A stretch of 64,000 nucleotides of DNA, taken from positions 1,984,001 to 2,048,000 of the forward strand of contig OZ250173.1 of NCBI GenBank assembly GCA_965238075.1, read 5' to 3'. Each line of letters starts with the position of its first letter. Positions within the stretch are counted from its first letter, which is position 1. This document shows positions 10,207-19,992 of this stretch, piece after piece. Below the pieces are notes generated by a model, which saw nothing but the letters and a program-made list of their open reading frames with translations, did not search any database and was not told the DNA's origin. This DNA comes from Candidatus Entotheonellaceae bacterium (lineage in GTDB: Bacteria; Tectomicrobia; Entotheonellia; Entotheonellales; Entotheonellaceae). The translations under genes were made by a program, and so were the position numbers.

Positions 10207-10625
10207 AGCCGGGTTAACACTGTCGGACTGTATCGTGTTCCAGTCCCGGGATGGAAATCGCCGACTCTCAGTACCAACGCATAGCGCCCTGTTTGCTGGT
10301 GCAACGTGGCAACGTCAACCTGTCGAATCTGCCAAGTGCTCGGCGCCAGCCTGTACGTCGTCGAGCATGGCTGCATGTGGCGGGGGTTGCCGGAGTGATC
10401 TGGCAATTGGCATGCCCATTTACACCTAGATGAGCCGCTGGTCGAAGAACGGGGCGCTGGATCGGGTCTTCGAGCACCTCCCAGCGAGAGAGAATCGCGC
10501 GCATCAAATTCGAGGCGGTTTCGATGGACAGCACCATCGTCAAGGTCCGTCCCGATAATACGGGCGCGCTAAAAAGCCCGCAGCCCATCGGAAAATCCCG
10601 GGGCGGTTGGACCACTAGAGTGAAT
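10204..10625 (+). mobile_element. IS5-family transposase remnant (frameshifted, internal stops, truncated)
   Basis: Pieces MEIADSQYQRIAPCL..., WRGLPE, MSRWSKNGALDRVFEHL and SMDSTIVKV...GALK..PQPIGKSRGGWTT; possible left end TAGAGCCGGGTTAACAC at about 10204. Confidence 0.85.
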
Positions 10626-10724
10626 TCACTTTGATACCAAGAGCCTTGGCAGAAGCGGTCATGGCAAAATGCCCTCGCAGGAACTCCAACTCCGAAAAAC
10701 TCGTTATCTCAAACGGGACGCACA

Positions 10725-10828
10725 TTAGAACAGTTCAAGATTGCGCAGCGGCATACCCAGAAGTCCTGAAAAGCGAGTGCATTTGTCTGGTTTGAATCGA
10801 GATTCCTTTCAATCTTGAACTGCTCTAA
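10725..10828. mobile_element. MITE-like element, 104 bp, with 19-bp terminal inverted repeats
   Basis: TTAGAACAGTTCAAGATTG (10725-10743) and CAATCTTGAACTGCTCTAA (10810-10828) match at 18/19 in inverted orientation; non-coding interior. Confidence 0.65.
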
Positions 10829-10848
10829 GTTCAGAGGTAAGGACCCTC

Positions 10849-11439
10849 ATGTCGCACGATTTGCGCATTAAAAATAGAACTGTAGTCAATGGGGGGGATG
10901 AGCGCGATCAGACCGACGAGTTGGTCCGCAAGCTCTGGAGCCGCCTGTCGATGGAGGCGCCGGCGATCCATGTCGCATCCCCTGAGCAAGTTCCCGGCAC
11001 TTACCACAAGCTCCTGGTCCACGACACTGGTATGACGGCCACTCTCGAGGCCCACTGGAGCGAACCGCTGGCTGTAGACCTGGTGGCGGATGACCTGATT
11101 GTCGAAGATCGCTCGCTCTACCGCTTCATCGCGCTGTACACCAAAGGCACCCGCCAAGTGGTGGAACTGGCCACCATCCGTATCGTGCTGGATGTTTTCC
11201 CGGCGCCGTTACGTCCGGAGTTTATCGAGGGCGTTCGCCCCTTCGGCGGCATCCTGACTGGCGCGGGCATCACTTTCCGCGCTAGGCCATCAGGTTTCTT
11301 CTGGATCAAAGCCGACGAATTCATCGCCCGGAAAGCCGGTATAGACGTCGGCATAACGCTCTACGGTCGGATGAACGAACTGCACGGCGAAGACGATGTC
11401 CTGCTGTGCGAGACCGTCGAGATGCTGCCGCGCGTCTGA
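10849..11439 (+). CDS. Chorismate pyruvate-lyase (UbiC)-like protein
   Basis: KLLVHDTGMTATLEAHW, PFGGIL, LYGR and ETVEMLP resemble the UbiC/UTRA fold; TAAGGA RBS. Confidence 0.6.
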   Translation: MSHDLRIKNRTVVNGGDERDQTDELVRKLWSRLSMEAPAIHVASPEQVPGTYHKLLVHDTGMTATLEAHWSEPLAVDLVADDLIVEDRSLYRFIALYTKGTRQVVELATIRIVLDVFPAPLRPEFIEGVRPFGGILTGAGITFRARPSGFFWIKADEFIARKAGIDVGITLYGRMNELHGEDDVLLCETVEMLPRV

Positions 11440-11590
11440 ACGCCCGCGAAAGTGCCCGTCAGCGCATCTCGAATGCTTATTCCGCTTTACGACTGCGGCG
11501 GTCAACCAGGGTGGTCTGGCCGAGGCGACGGCACCGTTCACTTCTAACCAGTGAGTGATACCGAGAGCAAGACGAGCAGAAAGGTCGATT

Positions 11591-11929
11591 GTGGCCGAAT
11601 CGCTGGAATCGTATTACCCCGTGGAAATTCAGCGCAACGACGGCGGCGCCCTGCGCATCCTGTGGAACGACGGGCGCGTCTGCTTCTATGGATACAGCAA
11701 TCTGCGCAAGGTCTGCCCCTGCGCCACCTGCGGCGAACTGCGCACCCAACAGCAGGAAGCCGCCAAAAACCCCTTCCAGACCGTGACCACCGTCACCACC
11801 CGCGACGTGCAGCCGGTGCACCTGAACACCGTGGGCCATTACGCCCTCGGCATCGAATGGGACGACGGCCACCGCACCGGCATCTACCCCTGGGCCATGC
11901 TGCGGGCACTCTGCGAGGACGACGATTAA
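11591..11929 (+). CDS. DUF971 / gamma-butyrobetaine hydroxylase N-terminal-like protein
   Basis: LRILWNDG, LRKVCPCATC, VGHYALGIEWDDGHRTGIYPWAMLR. Confidence 0.88.
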   Translation: MAESLESYYPVEIQRNDGGALRILWNDGRVCFYGYSNLRKVCPCATCGELRTQQQEAAKNPFQTVTTVTTRDVQPVHLNTVGHYALGIEWDDGHRTGIYPWAMLRALCEDDD

Positions 11930-11950
11930 ACCACCCCGTCCGTCCGGACC

Positions 11951-12403
11951 TCACAACGGCTTCTTACGCATCAAGCCCGCCCGGCGAATTCGCGCCACCA
12001 GCTCCTCGCGCTGGTTGGTCGCGCGGTGCTCGAAAAACACCACCCCGGCGTCCGGGCGCGACCGCGACTCCCGCTTGTCCATGATCTCCGTCTCGATGTA
12101 TAGCGTATCGCCGTGGAACACGGGCTTCGGGAATTCGATCTTATCGAACCCCAGATTGGCCACCGTCGTTCCCAGCGTCGTATCCCCCACCGAGAGCCCC
12201 ACGGCAATCCCCAGCGTCAATAGGCTGTTGACCAGCCGCTGCCCGAATTCCGTCTGACTGGCAAACGCCGCGTCCAGGTGCAGCGGCTGCGGGTTCATCG
12301 TCATGGTGGTGAACAGCACGTTGTCCGCTTCCGTAACCGTGCGCCCGGGCTGGTGCTTGAATATCTGGCCAACGGTAAATTCCTCGAAATACAATCCAGC
12401 CAT
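11951..12403 (-). CDS. MaoC-family dehydratase
   Basis: [27 protein letters not shown] and PVFHGDTL motifs. Confidence 0.92.
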   Translation of the reverse strand: MAGLYFEEFTVGQIFKHQPGRTVTEADNVLFTTMTMNPQPLHLDAAFASQTEFGQRLVNSLLTLGIAVGLSVGDTTLGTTVANLGFDKIEFPKPVFHGDTLYIETEIMDKRESRSRPDAGVVFFEHRATNQREELVARIRRAGLMRKKPL

Positions 12404-12461
12404 CGCCAAGGGCCTCCTTCCGTCTGCTGGGTAGTGCCTCAGTGTTTGACATTACCGGCTC

Positions 12462-12504
12462 CTCCTTCCTCTCCCCAAGGCGGAAGAGGGTTGGGGTGAG
12501 GGGG
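12462..12504. repeat. Degenerate REP-like palindrome (CCCTCTCCC...GGGGTGAGGGG type)
   Basis: TCCTCTCCCCAAGGCGGAAGAGGGTTGGGGTGAGGGGG at the boundary of the R-M insert. Confidence 0.45.
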
Positions 12505-12608
12505 AAATCCAGTGAGACACTACCGCCTGATGGGTGTTATTACTGAACGAAAGCATGGTATCGGAACCCGATCCTGGATACCATTCATGGCGGAAGGGGG
12601 ATGATCTT

Positions 12609-15600
12609 GTGAATCGGAAAGCCATCTTTACCAGCTATTTCAAGAACCTTGCCGCCGTCGCGCGACAAGGCGACGCGCGTGAGGAGAGCTTCTACCCGGC
12701 CCTGGCGACGATGCTCAAAGGAGTCGCTGACGACAGCGGTCGGCAGCACGTGCACGTCACCACCCTGCCCAAGCCGACCGAGGGCGGCAATCCGGATTTC
12801 CGGCTGTGGAACGGCGCGGACCGTATCATCGGCTACATCGAGGCCAAGAGGCCGACCGAAGAGCGGCTGGACGACATCGAGAATTCCGAGCAGCTGAAAC
12901 GCTACCGATCGACCTTCCCGAATTTGCTGCTCACCAACTTTCTGGAATTTCGCCTGTACCGCAACGGGGTGCGGGAGCAGACGGTTCTGGCCGCCCGGCC
13001 GCTGGTGCTCAACCAACTGCGCACGGTGCCTCCGGTTGAACGGCCGGAAGAATTCTCAGTCCTCCTTGCGCGCTTCCTCGATTTTGCCCTGCCCAAGACG
13101 TTCACCGCCGAGTCCCTCGCCGTCGAGCTGGCCAAACGCACGCGCCTGCTCCGGGATGTCGTCCGAGACCAGTACAACGACGAAGCGGATGACCCCGGCA
13201 TGCTGCGCGGCTTCTTTGACGCCTTCCGGGAATACCTCATCGGCTCGCTGACGCCGGAGGCGTTCGCCGACCTGTTCGCGCAGACCATCACCTACGGTCT
13301 TTTCGCGGCTCGCATCCGCGCCGGGGACGGCTTCAATCGCCGCGCCGCTTTCGACAACATTCCCCACACTATCGGCGTCCTGCGTGACATGTTTCGCTTC
13401 ATTTCGCTGGGCGATCTGCCGGAATCGCTCGCCTGGTGCGTGGACGATCTCGCCGAGGTCCTGGCCGTGGCCGACGGCCCCGGCATCCTCGGTCGCTACT
13501 ACCGGGAGGGCAAGGGCAGCGACCCGATCGTGCATTTCTACGAGACATTTCTGGCGCAATACGACCCCGACGAGCGCGAGCGGCGCGGCGTCTACTACAC
13601 CCCCGAACCAGTCGTCGGCTACATTGTTCGCTCCCTGCACGGCATGCTCAAGACCACCTTCGGTCTGCGCGACGGCCTCGCCTCGGAGGGCGTGACGTTG
13701 CTCGATCCCGCAGCGGGCACCATGACCTTCGTGGCCCAGGCCGCCCAAGAGGCGGTTGCCGAGTTTGAAGCCAAGTACGGCAGCGGCGGCAAGGAAGACT
13801 TCATTCGCCAGCACATTCTCAAGAACTTCTACGCCTTGGAACTGATGATGGCCCCCTACGCGGTCGGCCACCTCAAGATGAGCTTCTTCCTGGAAGAACT
13901 CGGCCATCGCCTGGGCGACGATGAACGCATGCCGTTTTACCTCACCAACACCTTGGACTGGAAGGAGCTGGAGGAAAGCCGCTTGCCGGGCATTTCGGCC
14001 CTGGCCACCGAATCCCGCCTGGCGGGTGCGGTCAAGAAGGAGAAACCGATCCTGCTCATCCTCGGCAACCCGCCCTATTCAGGGCACTCCAGCAACAAGG
14101 GAGACTGGATACGCGGCCTGATTGACGATTACAAGCAGGTGGACGGCAAGCCCCTGGGCGAGAAAAACCCGAAGTGGCTGCAGGATGACTACGTCAAGTT
14201 CCTGCGCTACGCCCAGTGGAAAATCGAGCAGGCCGGACGCGGCGTTGTCGGCATGATCACCAACCACAGCTATCTCGATAACCCTACCTTCCGCGGCATG
14301 CGTCAAAGCCTGCTGCGTACCTTCGACGACCTCTACGTTCTCGACCTGCACGGCAGCGCGTTGAAGAAGGAAACCGGCCCAGACGGGAGCCCGGACCAGA
14401 ACGTCTTCGATATTCGTCAGGGGGTGGCCATTGCCTTCTTTGTAAAGCGGGGCGATTCAACGATGGACGGGCAGGACGGCCGGGACGCTAACGCCGTGGT
14501 TCATTACGCCGAGCGATTCGGAACCCGTGAGAGCAAATACGACTGGCTGCGCGCGCACGAGCGAGACAGCACCGATTGGCAGGCGCTGAATCCGGCGTCG
14601 CCGTACTACCTGTTCGTGCCGCGCGACGAGGCGCTCGAAGCCGCATACAGCCGGTTCATGCCGGTGCCCGAGGTATTCCCCGTGCACAGCGTCGGGATTG
14701 TGACGGCGCGCGACAGCCTGACGATTCGCTGGTCGGCGGATGAGGTGTGGAACACCGTGATCGTTTTTTCGCGGATGGAGCCGGAGTTGGCCCGGCAAGG
14801 GTATGAGCTTGGCAATGATGCGCGGGATTGGAAGGTGACGTTGGCGCAGCAGGATTTACGCGATTCGGGTCCTGTCCGCGAACGGGTGATGCCGATCCTG
14901 TACCGGCCCTTTGACGTGCGCCACACTTATTACACCGAGCGGTCGCGGGGGTTCATCTGCATGCCCCGTCCCGAGGTCGTGCGCCACATGCTGGCCGGGG
15001 AGAATCGGGCGCTGCATGTCTGTCGGCAAACGGTCAGCGAGACGTGGCAGCACTGCTTGGTTACGCGTGGCATTACGGATGATTGTTACGTGTCCAACAA
15101 GACTCGAGAGCGCGGATATACCCTACCTTTGTATCTCTATCCTACTGCCGACCGCGGTGACCTCTTTGCAAGACTTGAATCGTCCGCACGGCAGCCCAAT
15201 CTGAGTCCCAAACTGGTCGCGGTCCTGACGGCAGCGCATGGCCGAGCGCCCGCGCCCGAGGATATCTTCCACTACATCTACGCCATCCTGTATGCCCCAA
15301 CCTATCGCGCCACGTACGCCGAGTTCCTGCGCACCGACTTCCCGCGCATTCCGTTCACGACGGATCAAGACGTGTTCGCCCAACTCGCCGCCTTGGGTGC
15401 GCGACTGACCGCTCTTCACCTCCTTGACTCCCCCGAACTCGACACGCCGACCTGCCGCTTCGAGGGCGACGGCGATGCCGTGGTGGCCCGAACGAAGACG
15501 GGGGGCTTTCGCTATGATCCGGACGCCCAGCGCCTGCACATCAACAAAACCCAGTATTTCGGCCCCGTTCCGCCAGAGGCTCATGCTTACCGGATTGGTG

Positions 15601-15773
15601 GCTACCAGGTCTGTGACAAATGGCTGAAGGATCGTAAGGGCCGCCGCCTTGACCTCGATGACATCCGTACCTACTGTCGGATGGTGACGGCCATCGGGAT
15701 GACGCTCAGCATCCAGGAAGAGATTGATAGGTTGTATCCTGAGGCTGAGAAGGATATCGTGGCGATCTCATGA
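12609..15773 (+). CDS. Single-chain restriction-modification enzyme (Type IIG / Type ISP-like without helicase): PD-(D/E)xK nuclease, N6-adenine MTase, C-terminal specificity domain
   Basis: NPDF...IGYIEAK nuclease motif, GVYYTP, LLDPAAGTMTF (motif I), GNPPY (motif IV), DFPRIP and IGGYQVCDKWLKDRK C-terminal motifs. Start uncertain (12534-12609). Confidence 0.88.
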   Translation: MNRKAIFTSYFKNLAAVARQGDAREESFYPALATMLKGVADDSGRQHVHVTTLPKPTEGGNPDFRLWNGADRIIGYIEAKRPTEERLDDIENSEQLKRYRSTFPNLLLTNFLEFRLYRNGVREQTVLAARPLVLNQLRTVPPVERPEEFSVLLARFLDFALPKTFTAESLAVELAKRTRLLRDVVRDQYNDEADDPGMLRGFFDAFREYLIGSLTPEAFADLFAQTITYGLFAARIRAGDGFNRRAAFDNIPHTIGVLRDMFRFISLGDLPESLAWCVDDLAEVLAVADGPGILGRYYREGKGSDPIVHFYETFLAQYDPDERERRGVYYTPEPVVGYIVRSLHGMLKTTFGLRDGLASEGVTLLDPAAGTMTFVAQAAQEAVAEFEAKYGSGGKEDFIRQHILKNFYALELMMAPYAVGHLKMSFFLEELGHRLGDDERMPFYLTNTLDWKELEESRLPGISALATESRLAGAVKKEKPILLILGNPPYSGHSSNKGDWIRGLIDDYKQVDGKPLGEKNPKWLQDDYVKFLRYAQWKIEQAGRGVVGMITNHSYLDNPTFRGMRQSLLRTFDDLYVLDLHGSALKKETGPDGSPDQNVFDIRQGVAIAFFVKRGDSTMDGQDGRDANAVVHYAERFGTRESKYDWLRAHERDSTDWQALNPASPYYLFVPRDEALEAAYSRFMPVPEVFPVHSVGIVTARDSLTIRWSADEVWNTVIVFSRMEPELARQGYELGNDARDWKVTLAQQDLRDSGPVRERVMPILYRPFDVRHTYYTERSRGFICMPRPEVVRHMLAGENRALHVCRQTVSETWQHCLVTRGITDDCYVSNKTRERGYTLPLYLYPTADRGDLFARLESSARQPNLSPKLVAVLTAAHGRAPAPEDIFHYIYAILYAPTYRATYAEFLRTDFPRIPFTTDQDVFAQLAALGARLTALHLLDSPELDTPTCRFEGDGDAVVARTKTGGFRYDPDAQRLHINKTQYFGPVPPEAHAYRIGGYQVCDKWLKDRKGRRLDLDDIRTYCRMVTAIGMTLSIQEEIDRLYPEAEKDIVAIS

Positions 15774-15902
15774 GGGAAACCGGACACCAGTAGTCCGATC
15801 TGCTCCCGACTTTTGTGCACCTGTCGAATTGTTCTACAATGTATATATTTCAATGGCGCTGTTCGCCGAACGGTTTCAAATGTCCTGAAGGGAGACAGGA
15901 CG

Positions 15903-16568
15903 ATGGCAAGGCAACGTTTTGACATCGTGCTAGCTGCCATGGCAGCCGGTGGCGCAGGAACGCGATACGACCCGGTTCGTGTGCAAAAACTCTTCTTCCT
16001 GATCGATAGAGAAATCCCGGAATTCATTGACGGCCCCTGTTTTCATTTCGAGCCATATCATTACGGCCCTTTCGACAAAGCGGTCTATGAGGACCTCGAC
16101 AGGTTGGCCGAGCAGGGGAAGATAAACATCGACACAACCGGGCGGTATAACAGGTATTCATTGACCGATTCAGGGCATGCGAGAGGGGTAGCGGTTTTAA
16201 GGACACTCCCGGAACCGGCGGCTCGCTATATGGAAGACGCCGCCAAGTGGATACGTTTCGTTCCCTTCAAACATCTGTTATCGGCAATCTATCGCCAATA
16301 TCCTGACATGGCGGTCAACAGCATTATTCCGCAGGCCACGTCTGGCTATTCCCACGCATCCTTTCGCTTCGCCATGCCGTCATTCCTCTCAGGGATGGCG
16401 CGGACGCTCGACTTCATGGGAATCCTCGACGGTTATCAATCGGGCAGGAGTGACGAGCGACTTGACGCGTTGGCGATCTATCACGACTGGAGCGCGGTAG
16501 GGGACGATGTCGGGGCGGCTATGAACGCTCACCTTGTTCAAGGGGCGCCCCGTGAGCCGCAGACGTAA
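15903..16568 (+). CDS. Panacea/SocA (DUF4065)-like winged-helix protein with an extra C-terminal module
   Basis: VQKLFFLID...FEPYHYGPFDKAVYEDL pattern; C-terminal SFLSGMARTLD...ALAIYHDWSAVGDD. Confidence 0.6.
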   Translation: MARQRFDIVLAAMAAGGAGTRYDPVRVQKLFFLIDREIPEFIDGPCFHFEPYHYGPFDKAVYEDLDRLAEQGKINIDTTGRYNRYSLTDSGHARGVAVLRTLPEPAARYMEDAAKWIRFVPFKHLLSAIYRQYPDMAVNSIIPQATSGYSHASFRFAMPSFLSGMARTLDFMGILDGYQSGRSDERLDALAIYHDWSAVGDDVGAAMNAHLVQGAPREPQT

Positions 16569-17102
16569 CAGGCGTAGCAATTCACGACAAACGGCAGCTC
16601 CACCATATGATCAACAAGCACTGCGCAGGTCCACCCTACCCTCAGAAATCGACAAAGCCGTCAGACTCCAGGTACAAGAGACGCAGGTAGTCCAGCTAAC
16701 TTTGCGGGTCCGCTTCCCCTTCCAGAGCATCTTTCGGAATACGAGGGGATAGCTCCCGGGGCGGCTGAACGTATTATTCGGATGGCGGAATTACAGGCGA
16801 ATCATCGACGCGCCATGGAATCGAAAGTCTTAAATTCTGAGGTGCGCTTGGAGTCACGAGGCCAAATCTTCGGGTTTGTCATTGGAATGACTGCTCTCGT
16901 GGGCGGTATTGGTCTCATGGTTTTCGATAAATCCATAACGGGGGTGGCAACGAGCCTCTCCGCCCTTGCCACTTTGGTAGGTGTATTCGTCTGGTCGGAA
17001 CGTCAGAAGAGCCGCGAATTGAACGAGAAGGCCAATCGCCTAGCGTTCGGTGCTGAACCAACTACCCCTCCACAGTTGTCCGGCGGTCCCAATCGAGATT
17101 GA
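16552..17102 (+). pseudogene. DUF2335-family two-TM membrane protein, frameshifted near 16695
   Basis: The signature FAGPLPLPEHLSEYEGIAPGAAERIIRMAE (from 16701) is in frame with ORF 16782-17102, but that frame has no start after the TGA at 16608. The GTG 16552 start is in another frame. Confidence 0.7.
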
Positions 17103-17133
17103 GCGCGGTCGCGCGGTTTCGATTAAGCCCGAT

Positions 17134-17224
17134 GTAGGTCGGATCAGCGTAGCGTGATCCGACATTCCGCCGTGGCAAGCAGATGCGCTGCTGTCGGATT
17201 ACGCCTGCGGCTAATCCGCCCTAC
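17134..17224. repeat. GTAG-family REP doublet (REPIN-like, inverted pair)
   Basis: GTAGGTCGGATCAGCGTAGCGTGATCCGACA (17134-17164) and inverted TGTCGGATTACGCCTGCGGCTAATCCGCCCTAC (17192-17224), between convergent genes. Confidence 0.85.
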
Positions 17225-17241
17225 GGTCAATTCGACGCCAT

Positions 17242-18333
17242 TCAAGCCACCGCCCCCAGCACGTTATCGCTTGCTCGCCGGGCTTTGAGGCTTTCGTCAA
17301 GCGTGGGATCGTCCCCGATGCCCACCAGTGTCTTGCCAAAGTTGCCGCCCTCCAGCATGGCCCTGAACGCCGTGGGGGCTTGCCGCAGCCCCGGCCACAA
17401 ATCCTCTTTGTACTTGATACGCCCGTCCCGAACCCAGGCCGCCATGTCGGCAAGAAATGGATCCTGGTGCGTGGCCACGAAGTTCCCGACAACAAGCTGA
17501 TGCACCTCCACGTTTTGGCGCTGGAACGTAGCCTGCCCCTGGTTGCGCCACGCCGCATGCGGATCGTCAGAGGACGGGTTGCCGTACTGCGAGACCAGGC
17601 CGCAGAGACTGATGCGTGAACGCGGATTGAGCAGCGGCAGGACGGCTTCGAATACCTTGCCGCCAACGTTTTCGAAGTACGCGTCAACGCCGTCAGGGCA
17701 GGCCGCGGCCAGCGCTTCCGGCAAATCCGGACTTTTGTGCGACACACAGGCGTCGAAACCCAGGACCTCGGTAACGAAGGCGCACTTGTTCGGAGCGCCG
17801 GCGATTCCCACCACACGACACCCGCAAAGCTTGGCGATCTGGCCGGCGATCTGCCCGACCCCGCCGGAAGCCGCCGACACCACGACCGTCTCCCCGGCCT
17901 TGGGCGCACACTGGACGTACATGCCTGCGTAGGCCGTTAGGCCGAGCATGCCCAGCACGCCGACGGCTGTGGAGATGGGCGCCAGGGCAGGATCGATCTT
18001 GCGGGGAAGCATGTAGGTAAACACCGAAACACCCTCGCCCGTGAGGCCATAAGCCTGCCAGCCGTTCGTATTGAAGACGAAATCGCCCTCACGGTAGGTC
18101 GGCAGGTTGCTTTCGACCACCTGCGAAACGGTGCGCCCGTGACAGACCTCGCCGACGGCTTCCAGGCCGCTGCGCCGCCTGCCCCATTGATACGGGTCCA
18201 GCGACAGGTAGATCGTGCGCGTCAGCATCTGGTTGGCGCCGGGGCTGGGGATGGGTGTCTCAGTCAGCCTGAAGTCGTTGTCCACCGGCAGCCCGCCGGG
18301 CGGCGTGCGTGCGAGTAACCATTGGGTGTTCAT
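17242..18333 (-). CDS. NADP-dependent oxidoreductase (MDR superfamily, CurA/PTGR-like)
   Basis: YLSLDPY, LGMLGLTAY, SAASGGVG, YFENVGG and GNFGK motifs. Confidence 0.9.
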   Translation of the reverse strand: MNTQWLLARTPPGGLPVDNDFRLTETPIPSPGANQMLTRTIYLSLDPYQWGRRRSGLEAVGEVCHGRTVSQVVESNLPTYREGDFVFNTNGWQAYGLTGEGVSVFTYMLPRKIDPALAPISTAVGVLGMLGLTAYAGMYVQCAPKAGETVVVSAASGGVGQIAGQIAKLCGCRVVGIAGAPNKCAFVTEVLGFDACVSHKSPDLPEALAAACPDGVDAYFENVGGKVFEAVLPLLNPRSRISLCGLVSQYGNPSSDDPHAAWRNQGQATFQRQNVEVHQLVVGNFVATHQDPFLADMAAWVRDGRIKYKEDLWPGLRQAPTAFRAMLEGGNFGKTLVGIGDDPTLDESLKARRASDNVLGAVA

Positions 18334-18441
18334 CGGTGTTTTCCTTGCTCGAGAAGCGGGGGAGAAAATGGCATTGCCAGCAACGGGTGCAGCGGGCAGA
18401 CTGTTGCCGTGACGTTTCCGGGGTGTCGGACTGCCCCTGGC

Positions 18442-18466
18442 GGGCGGGTTGAAACCCCGCCCCTAC
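18442..18466 (-). repeat. GTAG-type REP, second subfamily
   Basis: Reverse complement reads GTAGGGGCGGGGTTTCAACCCGCCC: GTAG plus a GC hairpin. Confidence 0.65.
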
Positions 18467-18485
18467 CTACAGAGAGGATCGTGAC

Positions 18486-19838
18486 ATGACGGCATCCACG
18501 TCCGTTTACAGCTACGTCGCCGAAGAGGCGGCCTACCGGCAGCGCAACCCGCGCTCGGCGGCGCGGTTTGCCGAGGCGCAGCAGGTTTTGGCCGGGGGCA
18601 ATTCGCGTCTGACGGCCTTCTTCAAGCCGTTTCCCTTCTACGCTGAGCACGGCGAGGGCTGCGTGCTGCGGGACGCGGACGGCAACGAGCGCCTCGACTT
18701 CTACAACAACGCCACCTCGCTGATCCTTGGGCACCGGGATCCGCAGGTCACCGCGGCGCTGACGGCGCAGGCCGAAAAGGGCACCGCCTTCGCCAATCCG
18801 ACCGAGCCAGAGGTGGAGCTGGCCGGCCTGCTGACCGCGGCGCTGCCTTCGCTACAGCGGTTGCGCTTTACGAACAGCGGCACGGAGGGCGTGGCATTGG
18901 CGCTGCGAGCGGCGCGGGCGTTTACCGGCAAGTCGAAAATCGCCAAAACGGAGGGAGCCTATCACGGCACCAGTGACCACGCCAGCGTCAGCGTGACGCT
19001 CCGCGTGTCAGAGGCGGGAAGCGAAGAAGCGCCCCGCGCGGTGCCGAGCTCGCAGGGGCTGACGGCCAAGACGCTGGACGACGTGGTGATCATCCCATTC
19101 AACGATGCCGCGGCGGCCCGGCGCATCATCGAGCAACACGGTGACGACTTGGCCGCGGTGATCGTCGAGCCCGTCATGGCCGGCATCGGCTACGTGCCCG
19201 CCGAGGCGGCGTTCCTGGAAGCGTTGCGCGAGGCGTGCGACGGACAGCGGACCCTGCTCATCTTCGACGAGGTGCAAACGCTGCGCATGGCTCCCGGCGG
19301 CGCCCAGCAGTGGTACGACGTCGTGCCGGACATGAGCTGCCTCGGCAAAATCATCGGCGGCGGTATGCCGGTGGGGGCGTTCGGCGGCAGGACGGACATC
19401 ATGGCGGCCTTCGACGCCACCGAGGGCGCGCCCGCCATCCCGCACGGCGGCACCTTCAACGCCAATCCCATGACCATGCAGGCCGGCCTCGCCACCATGC
19501 GCCAACTCACCCCGGAGGTCTACGAGCAGATCAACGAGCGCGGCGAAACCCTGCGGCACCAGCTTGAGGAAATGGCGCGCAGCGCGGGCGTGCCGATTCG
19601 CATCAGCGGTATCGCGTCGTTCTTCGGCGTGCAATTAACGGACCGCCCCGTGACGACCTATCGCAGCGCCCAAGGCCAGGACGAGGCACTGCGCCAGAAG
19701 CTCTTTTTGCACCTGATGAATGAGGGGATTTACGTGAACAGCCGGCTGGTGGGCAACATCTCGACGCCCATGGGCCGCCATGAACTCGACAGCTTCACGG
19801 CAGCCTGGGAGAGCTTTCTTGCGAAAATCAGTGGGTAG
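18486..19838 (+). CDS. Class III PLP aminotransferase, glutamate-1-semialdehyde aminomutase-like
   Basis: FTNSGTE, AYHG, LIFDEV, GKIIGGGMPVGAFGG and HGGTFNANP motifs. Confidence 0.88.
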   Translation: MTASTSVYSYVAEEAAYRQRNPRSAARFAEAQQVLAGGNSRLTAFFKPFPFYAEHGEGCVLRDADGNERLDFYNNATSLILGHRDPQVTAALTAQAEKGTAFANPTEPEVELAGLLTAALPSLQRLRFTNSGTEGVALALRAARAFTGKSKIAKTEGAYHGTSDHASVSVTLRVSEAGSEEAPRAVPSSQGLTAKTLDDVVIIPFNDAAAARRIIEQHGDDLAAVIVEPVMAGIGYVPAEAAFLEALREACDGQRTLLIFDEVQTLRMAPGGAQQWYDVVPDMSCLGKIIGGGMPVGAFGGRTDIMAAFDATEGAPAIPHGGTFNANPMTMQAGLATMRQLTPEVYEQINERGETLRHQLEEMARSAGVPIRISGIASFFGVQLTDRPVTTYRSAQGQDEALRQKLFLHLMNEGIYVNSRLVGNISTPMGRHELDSFTAAWESFLAKISG

Positions 19839-19992
19839 TAGGCAGTGGTTAGTGAATAGTGAAAAGCAGAAGGCAATGCGGGCAAGATGCTGGGCTTTCA
19901 GGGTTTGCTAGCGCATGTTCGGTTCTGAGTGAACCACCATAGGCCGTTTGGTTCCGAACATGCTCTGGCTACTGACCCCTGACCCCTGGCCA

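Noticed and set aside
18486-19838. Gene symbol hemL
   Set aside because: The family match is clear, but the canonical GGVNSPVR N-terminal motif is altered (GGNSRLT) and there is no hem context; probably a paralogue.
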